Source: Ophelia neglecta
Lineage: Eukaryota
Assembly (NCBI GenBank): GCA_965285935.1
Contig: OZ260667.1
Span: 43,772,001-43,836,000 of the forward strand
Direction: 5' to 3'
Length of the DNA: 64,000 nt
In this document: one piece after another, positions 12,101 to 24,000 of the stretch
Layout of the letters: each line of letters starts with the position of its first letter
How positions within the stretch are numbered: the stretch's first letter is position 1
The notes under the pieces: generated by a model
The model's input: the letters and a program-made list of their open reading frames with translations, nothing else
Database searches by the model: none
What the model was told of the DNA's origin: nothing
Position numbers and translations under genes: made by a program

Positions 12101-15100
12101 ATTCGGACTTGAATACGGACTATATGGAACAAACTTAGCGAACTTCCCTTGAATGCCTTGACCCGGAGGTGCGTTTGCGGTCGACACCAAGAAATGTGGG
12201 CTAGCTGATAATTGACAAGGACGTGTTTGTTTGGACCTAAATGTAAAACTATACCTCTTTCATGGCGAGGAAGGCCCTTTTGCTTTCGATGATTTCCGCT
12301 TCCGTCTGATTTTCGCCTGACAGCCATGGGTAGTCAAGGAACGTAGAAGGTACCAAAGAGAACAACAAATATACGAAGTCACTTCCGGTCATTCCATTTG
12401 TGTGCGCCCTCATCATCATCTTCAGGACTTGTTCATTTTGATGGCAAATAATCATAACTAAAATGTGTAAAGTGTAAAAAGGTTTTACCAAGCAAAGCAA
12501 AAGAATATATGTATAATATTTAATGATAATATGAAAAGGCAAAGCCTCAAACCGAGCGCAGAAGTGGACATGTTTTATTGGTGTTTTAGCTTGATATTCT
12601 TTAAAAAACCTAAGGGCATTTCATTCTTTTATTAATGAATGGGTAAATGCTTTATCTACACAACCTCGGGTCACGAGCCAGCTCTCACGAGCGCTGAGCG
12701 TACGCCGTAACGTGCGGTTGGGAAAACGCCACAAGTGCGGTGTAATAGGCCTCGCAGTAAACGAAACCAGTATGGAACCCAAATGATTCCTGGGTAAAGG
12801 TCCGGTCACACACGCCCTCCGAATCACGGCAAAAAATTTCTGCCCGTGAAGCAGACGCTGTTGGACGCTTTGAGGTCGCGATAAAGACGCGATACAGCCG
12901 TACTTTACCCGTCGTAAGAAATTGACCCGCGGTTAGCCGCGCGAAAAAGTTTTGCGCTGCTCAAAAATTTAGACCGCGGGTAACCGCGGACGGCACACGT
13001 GGTACACACGCGGTAAAGACGCGGAACCAACGTGCTAGGACGTGCTAAGGCCGCGGTTAAAACGTAGTTACACGCGGTAGGACGCGAAATTTTAGCGGGT
13101 AATCGCGGGTGGAGCACGGTCATAGCACGTTTGTTCCGCGTCTGTACCGCGTTGTTATCACGTGCATTAGCGTGTGTACCGCGTGTAAGCACGGACAAAC
13201 GCCTTTCTCCGCGTATACAGCGCGGCCTAATACCGGCCCAATAACGGCCTAATCACGTTCAATTGCGTCTTGTACACGTCCCAAATACGATTGTCCACGG
13301 CCTAATCGCGTCCGTACAACGTCTGATGTTAGGTATAGTAAAAGCGCGATTTGGCGAGCATTCGTCAGTTATGCTCCAGACGTCAAGGGGTGAACATGGA
13401 TCCCCGTCACCGTAATGACCTCATCTTGCTCCTCCAGCAGCATCAGAACCAAGTGGTACAGGTCCATCATTTCCTCATTGACAGAAGAAGGCGAAGGAGG
13501 AGGAGGAGGGTGGTCCGGAACATCTAGGTGCGCGACTGGATTGGCAGGAGACCTGAGCTGGGGCTGTACGATCGTCTCATGGTGGAGCTCCGTAATGAAG
13601 ATCCAACAGCCTTCCAGAACTCACCATCAAGAGATTCTTCCTCCTCTTCGACTACCCTGGCAGCTCTTGGACTGGCAGCAGGACTGGCCTCGACCTCGCC
13701 ACGAGCACTCGGACCTTCAGCAGCAGAGTGGACGACAGCTTGCACCTCCACTGTGACTCCTGCCTTGGGCTTCTTGGGGGCCTTCACTGGCACTGGGCTG
13801 CCTTCATCTGTAGCCTTCGCCTTCGGCTTCTTGCTCGCACGCTGCTTCTTCTTTTTGGCCTGGGAACTGGACGTGGGCTTCTTCTTCTGTCCCATAGCTT
13901 GAAATTTTGGTCTTCACGGGACTGTGTCTTCAGCGGTTATGATTTCTGCAGCCCGGCTCGGCTGCTTTTATACCCGTTGTAGGCCGCGGTACCGCCGCGC
14001 TTCACCCGCGATAAGGACGCGGAACAGTCGCCGGCGTCTGTTCCGCGGGCATACCACGGGTAAAACACGGGTAAGCCAATATTGCGCATTTTCCACCGCG
14101 GGCAACCGCGGGGGAAAAAGAAACGCGAAATTTTACCCGCGATGCGCCCGCGGAGGGCTGTGTGACCGGGCCTTAATCTCTCCTCGAATTTTGCCAGGGA
14201 TACGTATGGGTACCCCTTCATTATATGGGTAAATGCATTATGTACACATGTGTTACTGTAAGAGCCTTGCTGCGCTCGGTATTAAAATTTAAAAAAGTCG
14301 ATTAAAATATTCATATAACAAGGGGGACATCTAATCAACGGCAACAATTAATAAAATGTATTGCTCATTTATTGAGCAAATGTGTTTCTCGCCCTTCTGT
14401 CGATGATGACTGGATGTACATAACATAACATTTTTGCCATGTTAATGCTCCATGCATGCGAGCCTCTGTTTGAGACATAGGGCCTAGGCCTACTGCCGGC
14501 TTTAGAATTGTCTAAATATAAGACGAATATAGAACCAGCGTCTGTGTCTTAATCGCTAAGCGCTTTAAATATCTCTGTTTTAAACATGAGTGACTAACCT
14601 GGACTATACTGCCTCACCATCTAAAGAATACATTTATTGTCAAAAAACCAAACTAAGTTTTATTACCAACCACACTTTTGAGTCAGTAGTCTTACCCCGT
14701 CCTCGACTCTTCATCCTGGCCAAGTAATCGTCCATTTCTCTGTCCGAAAAGGGTTGTATGTCGTCGCTCGTTCGAATCCACTCTGCCACCGTGATGTTGT
14801 TATCCCGGAAGTGTTTGACTATACTGATGGAACCGAACTCGCAAGTTCCTGCCGCACGACTCCATATCACAGCGTTGGTCCAATTATAATGCTGGAATAT
14901 CTAAAGTCAATACTAAGGAGATCAGTGAAGCATGATTTAACTGAACCCCATTAAAAGTATAAGCATAGCGAAAAAAATATTATTTCTGCTTTCAGTTGGA
15001 AATATTAATTGGACTCTTGAACGGATAGGTCGAGTTGACCTCATTTATTGAACCCATTGAGGTGGGAAGTAAATTGATGTCTGTGATCAAATTTAAACCC

Positions 15101-17453
15101 AGGCTATTAGAGAGACAGATACGTGCAGGAAGCGATAGCTTCGTGCCGATCTTGGTGGAATTTGCAAGGATTATCATTTCTAGAAAATTAGCCAAGAGTG
15201 TCTTGGGTTAAGCTATACATATTTTGTTTTGTATCAGCACCTAGTCCTAAATTTCTTTAAACCGGATATAAAAAAAGATGTTAGGTGCAGCCATTTATAT
15301 GATTTCTCCCAGGGCATACATTCCCTCACTTATGATTTCTCTGAGCCGTTTTAGATCCACGGGGAATTTTTTGCAAGCTAGGATAACAAAAGTTCATATT
15401 CATAAAAAGTTTCCTCCAGGTTGTGATTTGATTTAATCATTAGAGAAAAAAGGCTGATAGTTTTTGATAACTGTGGACCGTTGAAATAATAATTCCTTAT
15501 GCTAAAAAATTTAAATTGTGGGCCGTGTATTCCCTCCCGTGCTTTTCATGATGGATTTTTCTGTCTTTTAAGGTTGTTATTGTTGATCTGCACCTGTTTT
15601 TCTTGTTTCGTGGGGTATCGACAATATTTATATAACAATTAATATAACCAATGTACTTTAACCGCCGAACTTTTTCCTTTTGTCTGCGCCTAAAGCACGC
15701 TGAATAAACTGACACATTATCAAAATTTATTTGAAAACAAAGCGACCTAAATGATTTTGAAAATTAAAGCAATTGTAATATGGTATTTAATACCCAACAA
15801 AACGACCAAAGGCTCACCGACTTCATATATTCAATATTTGAACAATTCAAATGAAATCAGTGTTATTTACATAACAAACCTTGAGAAAGGCTGGTCCCAC
15901 CGTTGTTCCAGACGGGTAGAGACGGACGACGGTGTTAAAGACACTTTTATCCGTCAATATCTCAGACGCACACCCCGAGGGCCAAAAAGCAAAGTTCTCT
16001 GCCGAGAGGTAGTATCCCGCTGGCACACAGGCTGAACATATAACAAATAAAGTATTCACAACAATAAAAAACCTGTTGCACAAGATTTGAAAAACAGGCG
16101 GAGTTTTATCAAGATAAATGCTTCCAGTAGAGCTACCACAGGAACATATGTAGGCTAAAGAAACAATCAAAGAAAGCTTGCATACTGGAATATATACAAA
16201 CAACTAGGCCTTACACAAAAGCTGGACGTAATGTGACAAAATGACCAACACCTACTATGTTTCTTGAGAATCTAATTAAGGGTCGAATTTTTTCTCTGTA
16301 TTTCTTCTCTAGAGATTTAGAGTAACAAGCAAACCAAAGCAACCGACATGAAAATCGATACCAACGTTATTTTAGTAAATGGATTTAACGTTCTCTGGTT
16401 ACAGGCTAGTAAGTGCCAAGTAACTGACTAGTAAGTTGGCTATGAACAGGCTTGTTACTGCCCGCTAGGGGCTATAAATCCAATCTAGTACCTGCATCCA
16501 ACACTTCTAGTAACCGGTACTGGCTTGAAACTAACTAGTAACTTGAATTTAATGAAATGATTAATATCATTACAAGGGTATAAGTACTCAAATGTATTCC
16601 GATACACCCTGGTTTGTCCCTCATGGGGTATATAATGGGAACATTTTATAATAAAAGTTTAAAATTAGTGTATTTGAAATTTGAGGCAAATTGCAGGTTG
16701 AGGCTCCAGAAGAGACTCAATGTGATAGAGGACGTGTCCGCAAAATAAAGTGTGGACACGAGAAAGTTAAAATGCCAGACGTTACCTACCTCCGGAGCAG
16801 TAATTACCGAGGATTGCGTCGACCCCCGCCTGGGTCATTTTGACCACGCTCGACGTGGCTTTCTTCGGAAGGCAGCATCCTGTGTCGTACACAACACTGA
16901 AACGTAAACAAGATCTCAAGAATATATTCTGCACCTAGAAAATTTCATCACTTCTTAAAAATGTTCGATAGATATATGCCATAAAACAAAACAGATTGAA
17001 CTCTAATAGTGATATTAGTATACTCTTCAAAATTCAAAACAGGAATATACAACGAAAGGGTCAAATACGTCAACCAGAGGCAGTGTCAATTAGAGTCAAA
17101 GCGTGTTATGCGTTAGACACGTAAAACATTAATTACCTTATCAGTATAAAATGAGCCTAAATTGTCAGTACCAGCCCCACATACCTGATATTTAACTTTG
17201 GACGTCTTCCCTCCGATAGGTAGCGGCGGATACCCCTCTCCAGAGCCGGTAGACTGATGGGGTGGTCGAGGTAAGGAGAAGGATGCCCGATTGTGATGGA
17301 GACAGGGCTCTCTTCTTCAAGGTCCTGGTCTTCGGAAATCCCCTCAGCTAAGGGATACGCAGTCGGGACGGAACCATTCACGTCAAGAGGTTCCAAAAAG
17401 CCACTTTCCGGCAAAACTAAAATCACCAGAGCCATTAACAGTTTATTGCCCAT
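104..17453 (-). CDS. Receptor-type guanylyl cyclase paralogue A (natriuretic-peptide/speract-receptor-like); 3' cyclase exons lie beyond the left edge of the window
   Basis: Hand-built exons, 5'->3': 17453-17185, 16896-16790, 16031-15880, 14900-14696, 12457-12255, 9001-8903, 8663-8519, 8302-8172, 6190-6082, 5785-5704, 5561-5471, 5180-5066, 4937-4858, 3421-3317, 2760-2689, 1705-1489, 866-765, 638-440, 244-104. All phases are consistent (about 874 codons). Motifs: signal peptide MGNKLLMALVILVL; ANF-receptor ectodomain (VDAILGNYCS, FQHYNWT, GATGRVTFDSNRDR, PPPALPLCGF); one TM helix (IALVVCAVIGLALGIFVVVMYV); kinase-homology domain ([41 protein letters not shown]); hinge LEKYASNLE...[11 protein letters not shown]. 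Confidence 0.95.
2040..2260 (+). mobile_element. Degenerate non-LTR retrotransposon ORF2 3' fragment
   Basis: Translation RVCRVCNQEVEDQ resembles the C-terminal C-x2-C...EDExH motif of LINE ORF2. Decayed and intronic. Confidence 0.4.
10380..10565. repeat. Degenerate tandem repeat of about 30 bp (core gtccgccggtct), probably the subterminal array of a DNA-transposon remnant
   Basis: The ccggtct/ccggtcc core recurs at about 10390, 10421, 10451, 10481 and 10511. Confidence 0.6.
10684..10862. mobile_element. Decayed pogo/Tigger-like (Tc1/mariner) MITE
   Basis: Degenerate aagtgaaacctgtg ... ttacactg ends and repeated internal aggtggtc motifs. Same organisation as the cleaner copy at 46372-46549. 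Confidence 0.5.
12028..12053. repeat. (CT)n microsatellite
   Basis: Direct reading. Confidence 0.9.
13396..13621 (+). pseudogene. 5' fragment of a Harbinger (HARBI1-like) transposase with an in-frame TAG, truncated
   Basis: MDPRHRND...RRRRRRRRRVVRNI*VRDWIGRRPELGLYDRLMVELRNEDPTAFQN matches the typical N-terminal R-rich/WVRxW..GxYxxLxxEL..FxN pattern of animal Harbinger transposases. TAG at 13525 falls where W is expected. No DDE domain. Confidence 0.8.
13622..13895 (-). pseudogene. 5' fragment of the Harbinger second ORF (presumed Myb/SANT-like DNA-binding partner), truncated before any recognisable domain
   Basis: ATG at 13895, Lys-rich NLS-like then acidic N-terminus (MGQKKKPTSSSQAKKKK...EEEEESLDGE), convergent with the transposase inside the TIRs. 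TATAAAAG on the minus strand at about 13965-13972. Identity is inferred from element architecture. Confidence 0.55.
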
Positions 17454-17644
17454 CACGCAGTTCTCAGGAACACAAGACGATAAATGATTTTCTGTTTTAG
17501 ACTTTCATAGATCTTAATCATAAGCATTACGTCATGTTCGCTTCAAAGGCAATAGTTTTAGATTCGCATATGCCCAAGAAGTATAACGCTCGCGGTTAAA
17601 TCCGTGACAATTAGCCTGCAGCCTGCCAAGCACCTTTTTATCAG

Positions 17645-17652
17645 TATTTATA
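17645..17652 (-). promoter_or_regulatory. Candidate TATA box of rGC-A
   Basis: TATAAATA on the minus strand about 190 bp upstream of the ATG at 17453. Supported only by position and motif. Confidence 0.4.
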
Positions 17653-18099
17653 CGCCTGATGGAATTTTCCTCGAGTTGCATCTTTTGAGTCTCATTATTC
17701 TTACGCTGGACGGTATTAGGCAGCGCCGCGCTCGATAAGTTGCGAGCGTTCAGCTCATTACCATTCGCCTTGCTATACTTATATATAACAAATGTGATTT
17801 CCTGGAAAATTAATTACTTTGTCAATCTCCCTTTGAATCCGTTCTTTGGCAGAGGAAGCGATATGTTAAAGGCTTTGGTTGTTAATAGAGGGTTTCTTCC
17901 ATCAGATAGCACTTTTAATTCAGGTAGCACGTTTATTTCCTTATAAGGTACTGACCCTCAGAAAGAGATGAGAGGCCACACCTCAGGAGAAAGTGACATA
18001 CCTTTACCTTTACTTAACTTTGAGGACATAACAAAGCATCCCCTACGAGGAAATAAAGTAGTTATAAAAGTATTCTGTATTCCGAACTAGATGCGATCC

Positions 18100-21000
18100 A
18101 TCACAAAGACAGTTTGCAAACTGACTGTGATTGACATTATTTCGGGATAAATTCTGGTGACAGGATCGCCAGCTTAATAACTTCTGGTAGGAAAGTGGTT
18201 TACTCGTTTGTTCGTATCCCTGCAGCAGCTCAGAGATGTACATAGGGCCATCGCATTTAGGGCCTTATACACCATCATTGGGCGCTTGAAATCAGTTCGG
18301 GGTTTCCCTTGAAGCCAGTGCAAGTCATATAGGAATGGTGTACTGTGGTCCCATATTTAGGTATATGTGAGCCATCTAGCAGGGAGGATTTACACCTTCT
18401 GCAGCCGTTTAATCACATCTGCAGGTACACCACACAGAAGAGAATTGCAATAGTTTTAGTTTATTTGTTTATTGGAGTCATCACTGATATAGTCAATGTG
18501 GAATGTCACATGTGCATTTACCAACTTTTTCCTTGCATCGGTGCTCATACGTCCAATAATTCGGAGATAGTATGTGACGTCTCGTGAGCAGACATTGTCA
18601 ATGACTGGTCAAACTTGACTCCAAGGTGATTCATAGGCTGGCTCTGAACAGCCATCATTGTCCCAGCGACTGAGATGTTAAGGCCGGTTCACACTGCCCA
18701 AAAGTCGCGTAAACGCATGAATCACGCATAAAAATTTGGTTGTGCGTGCTTGTCCGACGAGAATTTGACTTTTTTCGCTGATGTACGCGATGAAATATCA
18801 CCGATGAATTGCGCCAGAACTACGGAAGGATCGCGCAAAAATCACTAACAAACCACGCACGTCAGCGCATAGGCACGCAAAGGCCCCAAACACGGCGTAT
18901 ACGTGGTTGTGCGCGACGCAAGCTTCACGGAAAACCACGCATAATCTGCGTACTATCACTACTGAAATGCGTATAAGTTAATTTCTTCAGTGATTTTTAG
19001 TGAAACGTACGTGTTACAAGCGCGAGACATGCGCAATATATCTGCCAATCGTCAGTGGAAAGTCGTCGACGAACGCGATTGCAGCAACAGTTTCGCGAAC
19101 GATCACTGATATTCCACGCATATTTCGCGCATTGTCCGCGTAAGAGCTACGCAAACTACGCATCAATAACGTTAAACAGCGCAATACTGCGTAAACTCTT
19201 ACGCGAAGCCGAGTTTTGAGCTGTTCAAAACCTGGAATCGCGTAAAGCACCGATCCGGCGAACATCGACGGACCACCACGGAGGCTCCACGTCAGAAAAA
19301 CTGATGAAATGCGCAAATCGCGGATGTATCGCGCAAGACTCGAAATTTGTGCGTGATTCATGCGTTTACGCGACTATTGGGCAGTGTGAACCGGCCTTAA
19401 ATTAGAGACCGGAGTCATTGAAAGCGTTTTGTGTGTTCCCTAACAAGTCCCTCTCATATCAGTGTTTAATTTGAGTTAGTGTCATCCAGTTCCTCACCTC
19501 ATAGAGGCATTCCTTAATTCGGAACCCTAGTCCAAGTACAAGTTGTGGAGATATGGATTTAAAAGCTAGACATATCTAAGTGTCACCTGCGTATATATAA
19601 AGTCTGAGGCCATTCGGTCTAATGAACCTCCCGAAAGGAAGGATGTATAAGAGATATAATAGTGGACCAAGGACCGATCCTTGTGGAACACCCCATAGAG
19701 GCAAGACCTTGACGAGTGATAGTACTTGTCTTATACTGGTCGACTGCGTGCGATGTGATAGGTATGACTGAAACCAGCTGAGAGCTAACCCCTTGACACC
19801 AACCATCGACTCCATTCGTTAAAAGAGAATTTCATGGCCGATTGTGCCAAAGACTGCCCTCAGATCTAACAAAACAAGGATGACTATCCCTCGGTCACCC
19901 ACCGTGGTCAGTATAAGAAAGGAATATATAAGGACACACATATATTTCGGGTGCCTAAAGAAGTCAGTCTTTAGCCTGGATTTAAATGAGTCAAAGACTG
20001 AATGCTTGGCAATTGGTTCCAGAGAGTAGGTCCTTAACCATTTTCGACACCTTAGCGTCCATGGTAAGAGGGTCATCCAACACAACACCCAGGTAAATGA
20101 CTGGCTTAATTTGAGCAAGGACCGGCGTGCCCCCCACTGAATGTGAAGACATTGCATTGAGGCAGTTAAAGTTTCTTTCCTAAAACTATGATATTGGTCT
20201 AGTTAGAGTTAAGATTTAGAAAGTTGTGGGTCTTCCATTTCTGCAACCAAACGGGTGATATACCATGCCGTATAGACCCGAGAGTCAAGCGCTTCAAAGT
20301 CAGTTTCAAATCATCGCTTAAATCTAGACGCAAAAAAAAAACAATGTTGCAAAAATATCGTTTTGCACGCGGAGCAGAGCCGTCTCCGGGCCGTGTCAAG
20401 GCTTGTTAGCAGACTGGAGAGACGGCTCATACAGACTCTGGGCGTGGAGCCTAGCCGCAACCAATCTCTCAAGGATTTTTGACATGAAAAATAGATTGCT
20501 CAAATGTCTGCAATTCTTTAAATTGTTGGGGTCTAAGCCAGGTTTTTTTCAGAAGAGCAGTCGGTACATCCACAATAATTTTGAGTACCTCATCTTCGGA
20601 TTCCGTGCTCAATGAGATCAAATACACAGAACAACGTGTATCCTGGTAGGCATTAATTATCGTATGAATTTAGATCGGCAATAAGAGACGAATCCATTCC
20701 AAATAGAAGAGAGAACATTCTTCAGGGAGAGCACGGTGTGAATCATGTACCGGAAGAGACTGGGGTTTGAGTTTATGAAGCAAAATGTTGACAACAGATT
20801 GAACGGCTTTAGAACCTGAGCCTGCATGCATAAGTGATTTTTATTATAAAATGGTCCGGTTGTAATTTTCTTCATCCTCAGCAAGCCCGGCATTGGACAG
20901 TTTGCGGTTAAGTCTATGATTATCCAGATTCAGGTGATGCAAACCATCAGTAAACCAGGGCTACTGAGGGCGAACAGAAAAGGTCCGCGAAAATAAAGGA
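18100..21000 (-). mobile_element. Fragmented L2/CR1-group LINE (ORF2 reverse transcriptase), interrupted by a second LINE 3' fragment and a MITE
   Basis: Decayed motifs in order on the minus strand: KPGLDP..NCRHLSNL..KILERLV (20570-20440); LVLLDLRAVFGTIGH (about 19870); SWFQSYLSHRTQ, GVPQGSVLGPLL, YAGDT (19815-19580); HLGVKFD (about 18620); LHWL (about 18320). Confidence 0.85.
18681..19397. mobile_element. PIF/Harbinger-family MITE inserted in the LINE remnant
   Basis: Near-perfect TIRs of about 50 bp (AGGCCGGTTCACACTGCCCAAAAGTCGCGTAAACGCATGAATCACGCA and its reverse complement). Flanked by TTA on the left and TAA on the right. No coding capacity. Confidence 0.88.
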
Positions 21001-24000
21001 GCGTGCGAGTCAAGGGTTGCCACTAAGGTTGAGTTCAGAGCATTCACGGAGGCTATGGATATGTATAGGGAGTCGCCCTAAACTGCAACTGCTATCTCAA
21101 AGGTTACAAACAAGATGCTACTTACGGTCTAATATGAGTTTTCATATAACATAGTCTACATTTTATTGCACTGTATTGTATAGAATACATGGACATTTTA
21201 TATACTTTGTTGTTCTAATGTTTAACTGAGTCAAATTTATCTATTGTTTCACTATTATTGGAAATAATAATAATAAGTACAGTCCATCATTTTATTTCCC
21301 AGGAATAGCTAACGTTTGTCCTAAATTGACTGCTGAGTCGTTGTATTGTGTTCTGTCCATGTCGTCAAAAAAACTAATGACTATACTTCTTAATGCAAGT
21401 GGTATCAATTTGAACTTAAACTATATTATTGCAAGTGATATCAATGTGATTTTGAACTGCAAATTGGTTTTAAGCTTAATTAAGCTTCAGAATGATGTTT
21501 GCGGGGATATAGATGACGGTTGCTGGTGAATTCGGACCAATTCAACAAATAATAACCGAGTGACTGTTTAGAAATGTCTGCGGGAAATCTAGTCCTTTTT
21601 GAAAACTTCTGGCAGTATAAAATGTCGCAGCTCTTGAGTTTATAGATTCTTCCTCTTCCAGATTAATATACGTATTCGTCGTTTTTATAGTGTCTGATTA
21701 TTTAAGTAATATTCTAATATTAGTCCTGGTATTTCACCTAGAATATATATCCTTATGTAAGGCCTTTTTACAGTCGTCAAGTACATATAACTGTAATATT
21801 AATCGTAATCAAAATTGCCAACAGGACGCCAGGTGCAGTTTTATATTGAAGTGCTGTGTAATGTTTATCCACAGTCATTGAGATTGGAGCACACAGTATC
21901 TGGTGACACGTACAGTTCGTGTGATCTTTCCAAGCAAACATATAGTTTACCAAAAGGATGGATTCATTACATATATTGCAGCTTTGTTCCTCACATAACG
22001 GTAACATTTTAATAAGACGACACGCATAGACGCTTTGGACTTTGTCTTTCGGATCCCGTCATGTTTTCAGTTAATCATAACCCTCGAACCATTTGGAACT
22101 TTTGCCTAAATGTTTGAAGCCGTTAAGTTACTCGAGCCATAGTTATTTCGCAAAGGTATGCTATCCATTGTGTTAATGATAGTTAATGAATTTAATGTAA
22201 CCAGATCGATGTCAAGTCTAATAAGTCTATGTTGTTGTTTTTTTTACTTCAGGTTTATATATACGTGGTCGCATGGATGTTTAACTATGTAAGTGTTAAG
22301 CAATTCACAGTCTCGCGCTAGCAAAAACTACCCCTCGGCCTTTATCAATATTACCACGAGCCGATAAATTATAATCCCGTTTGTTCATTCAGTCTAACGC
22401 ACACTGCACTTGCTGTTTAACTCTTTCTAGTGGGCCCGTTATAAAAGTACAATATCTGATAGGACCAGACATGCTGAAATACGGTAATATGAAAAGAAAA
22501 TGCCTAATTGCTATAATGAACCGCCTTTAAGATCCACAAACATGAAGCTTACCATATCTCGGATTAACTTAAAATTTGAGGGGAAGCGCTGTTTTTGTCA
22601 CCATAGGAAAAAGAAAAACATTGGACTTATTATTATTAATAGTTTTTTCAGTATAATTCTTAAGATGTTAATGTCAATGTCTATAAATGAATGTATTGGC
22701 TAATACTTCTTAGGTGTACTTAGTATAATATTTGTACAGTGATAAGGCAAATGGTATGTAAATATACACTAATTTTTGATCGAGGAGTTTCGCCAAGTGA
22801 ATCAATACTGGGAAAAGGTACGTTGATCTCTCATTGTGTAAGGATGCTTTGTTTTTTTAAAGTATAAACCACGTAGCTATGAGGTAGGTAGAGACATTAA
22901 CTGCATTAGTTACGGCGACTGAAAAAAAACATTCAAATTATCATTTATTCAGTGAACAGAGGAAAAACCATGGGAAGCAGACTTCTATATTACGTAAGAA
23001 GCTGCATATGCATTCAATCGGGTTCTAAATGCGGGAGAATGCGGGAGAATGTAAATCGTATTGGCTAAAATCCATAAAATCAAGAATAGACAGATATATA
23101 ACTTAGTTTACAATATTTTACAACTTTTTGTTCCAGTTCTAGATGTTCAAAACTATACTCCTACTGATCATTGCTCCTTAGGATGTGATCGTGTCAGCTG
23201 ACAAGGTAACGAATAATTCTCATTTATTGACAAAGCCTATTATTTCATAGTTTGGTCTGAAGAAGTGTGATTTTCCTTTATTGATAGCTGCTGTAACAAC
23301 ACATAGAGTTAAATCCAATACCTTTTTCAGTTATAATTTAATACATATTTCGGGAAGTTTTAATTATATTTCTCACAATATAATTCAATATTCTCTTCCG
23401 GGTCTAACCAGAAAACCCGGAGTGAGTACATAAAAGTTTAAATATATACTACGGATAGTAACAGGATATTAACATAATTGGCACAATTGCACTGTTATGT
23501 ACCAAAATAGTTCCCGGTGTAGTCACACATAACCTAAAGTAGTAATTAGGCCACTACAAAATTATATAAGCCTAGACATGAAAAAAGAACAGCGGAGAAT
23601 GTTATGCCAAATGCAAAATGAAATGTACATTCAAGCATGCCAGATTTGATTTATGGTAATGTAATATAAAATATAAAGAATACAACTCTTTAAGAATATG
23701 GGGCTTCAACACAAGTGCCTCCTACTCCTAATAAATGTATGTAATCATGTAGACCCAAGAAGAACCTTTTTCAGGCGTTTCGATTTTTATGTGTCAACGA
23801 AGGAGGCAGTTCCCTTTGTGAATAACAACAAACCAAATCATTTTGAAGTGCCGTATAAGGTTATATTGTTAACAACATATTAACTAATTTACAAAGTTGA
23901 TGAGAAAAACCCACCTCGAATCCTATAAGATGAGGCCCCGCCCAGGGAGAGAGCTTGAAGCATGAATCCATAATTCAATAATACTATTGAATTAACCGAA

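Larger units (their letters stand above)
12798..14173. mobile_element. PIF/Harbinger non-autonomous internal-deletion derivative in rGC-A intron 4
   Basis: TIRs AGGTCCGGTCACACACGCCCTCCG / CGGAGGGCTGTGTGACCGGGCCT. TAA target-site duplication at 12795-12797 and 14174-14176. CpG-rich subterminal repeats and two convergent ORF remnants inside. Confidence 0.9.

Noticed and set aside
12621-13198. ORFs of 68-97 aa in GC-rich DNA
   Set aside because: They fall in CpG-rich subterminal repeats of the Harbinger or its flank and show no protein motifs. The same applies to 13924-14232 and 19014-19361.
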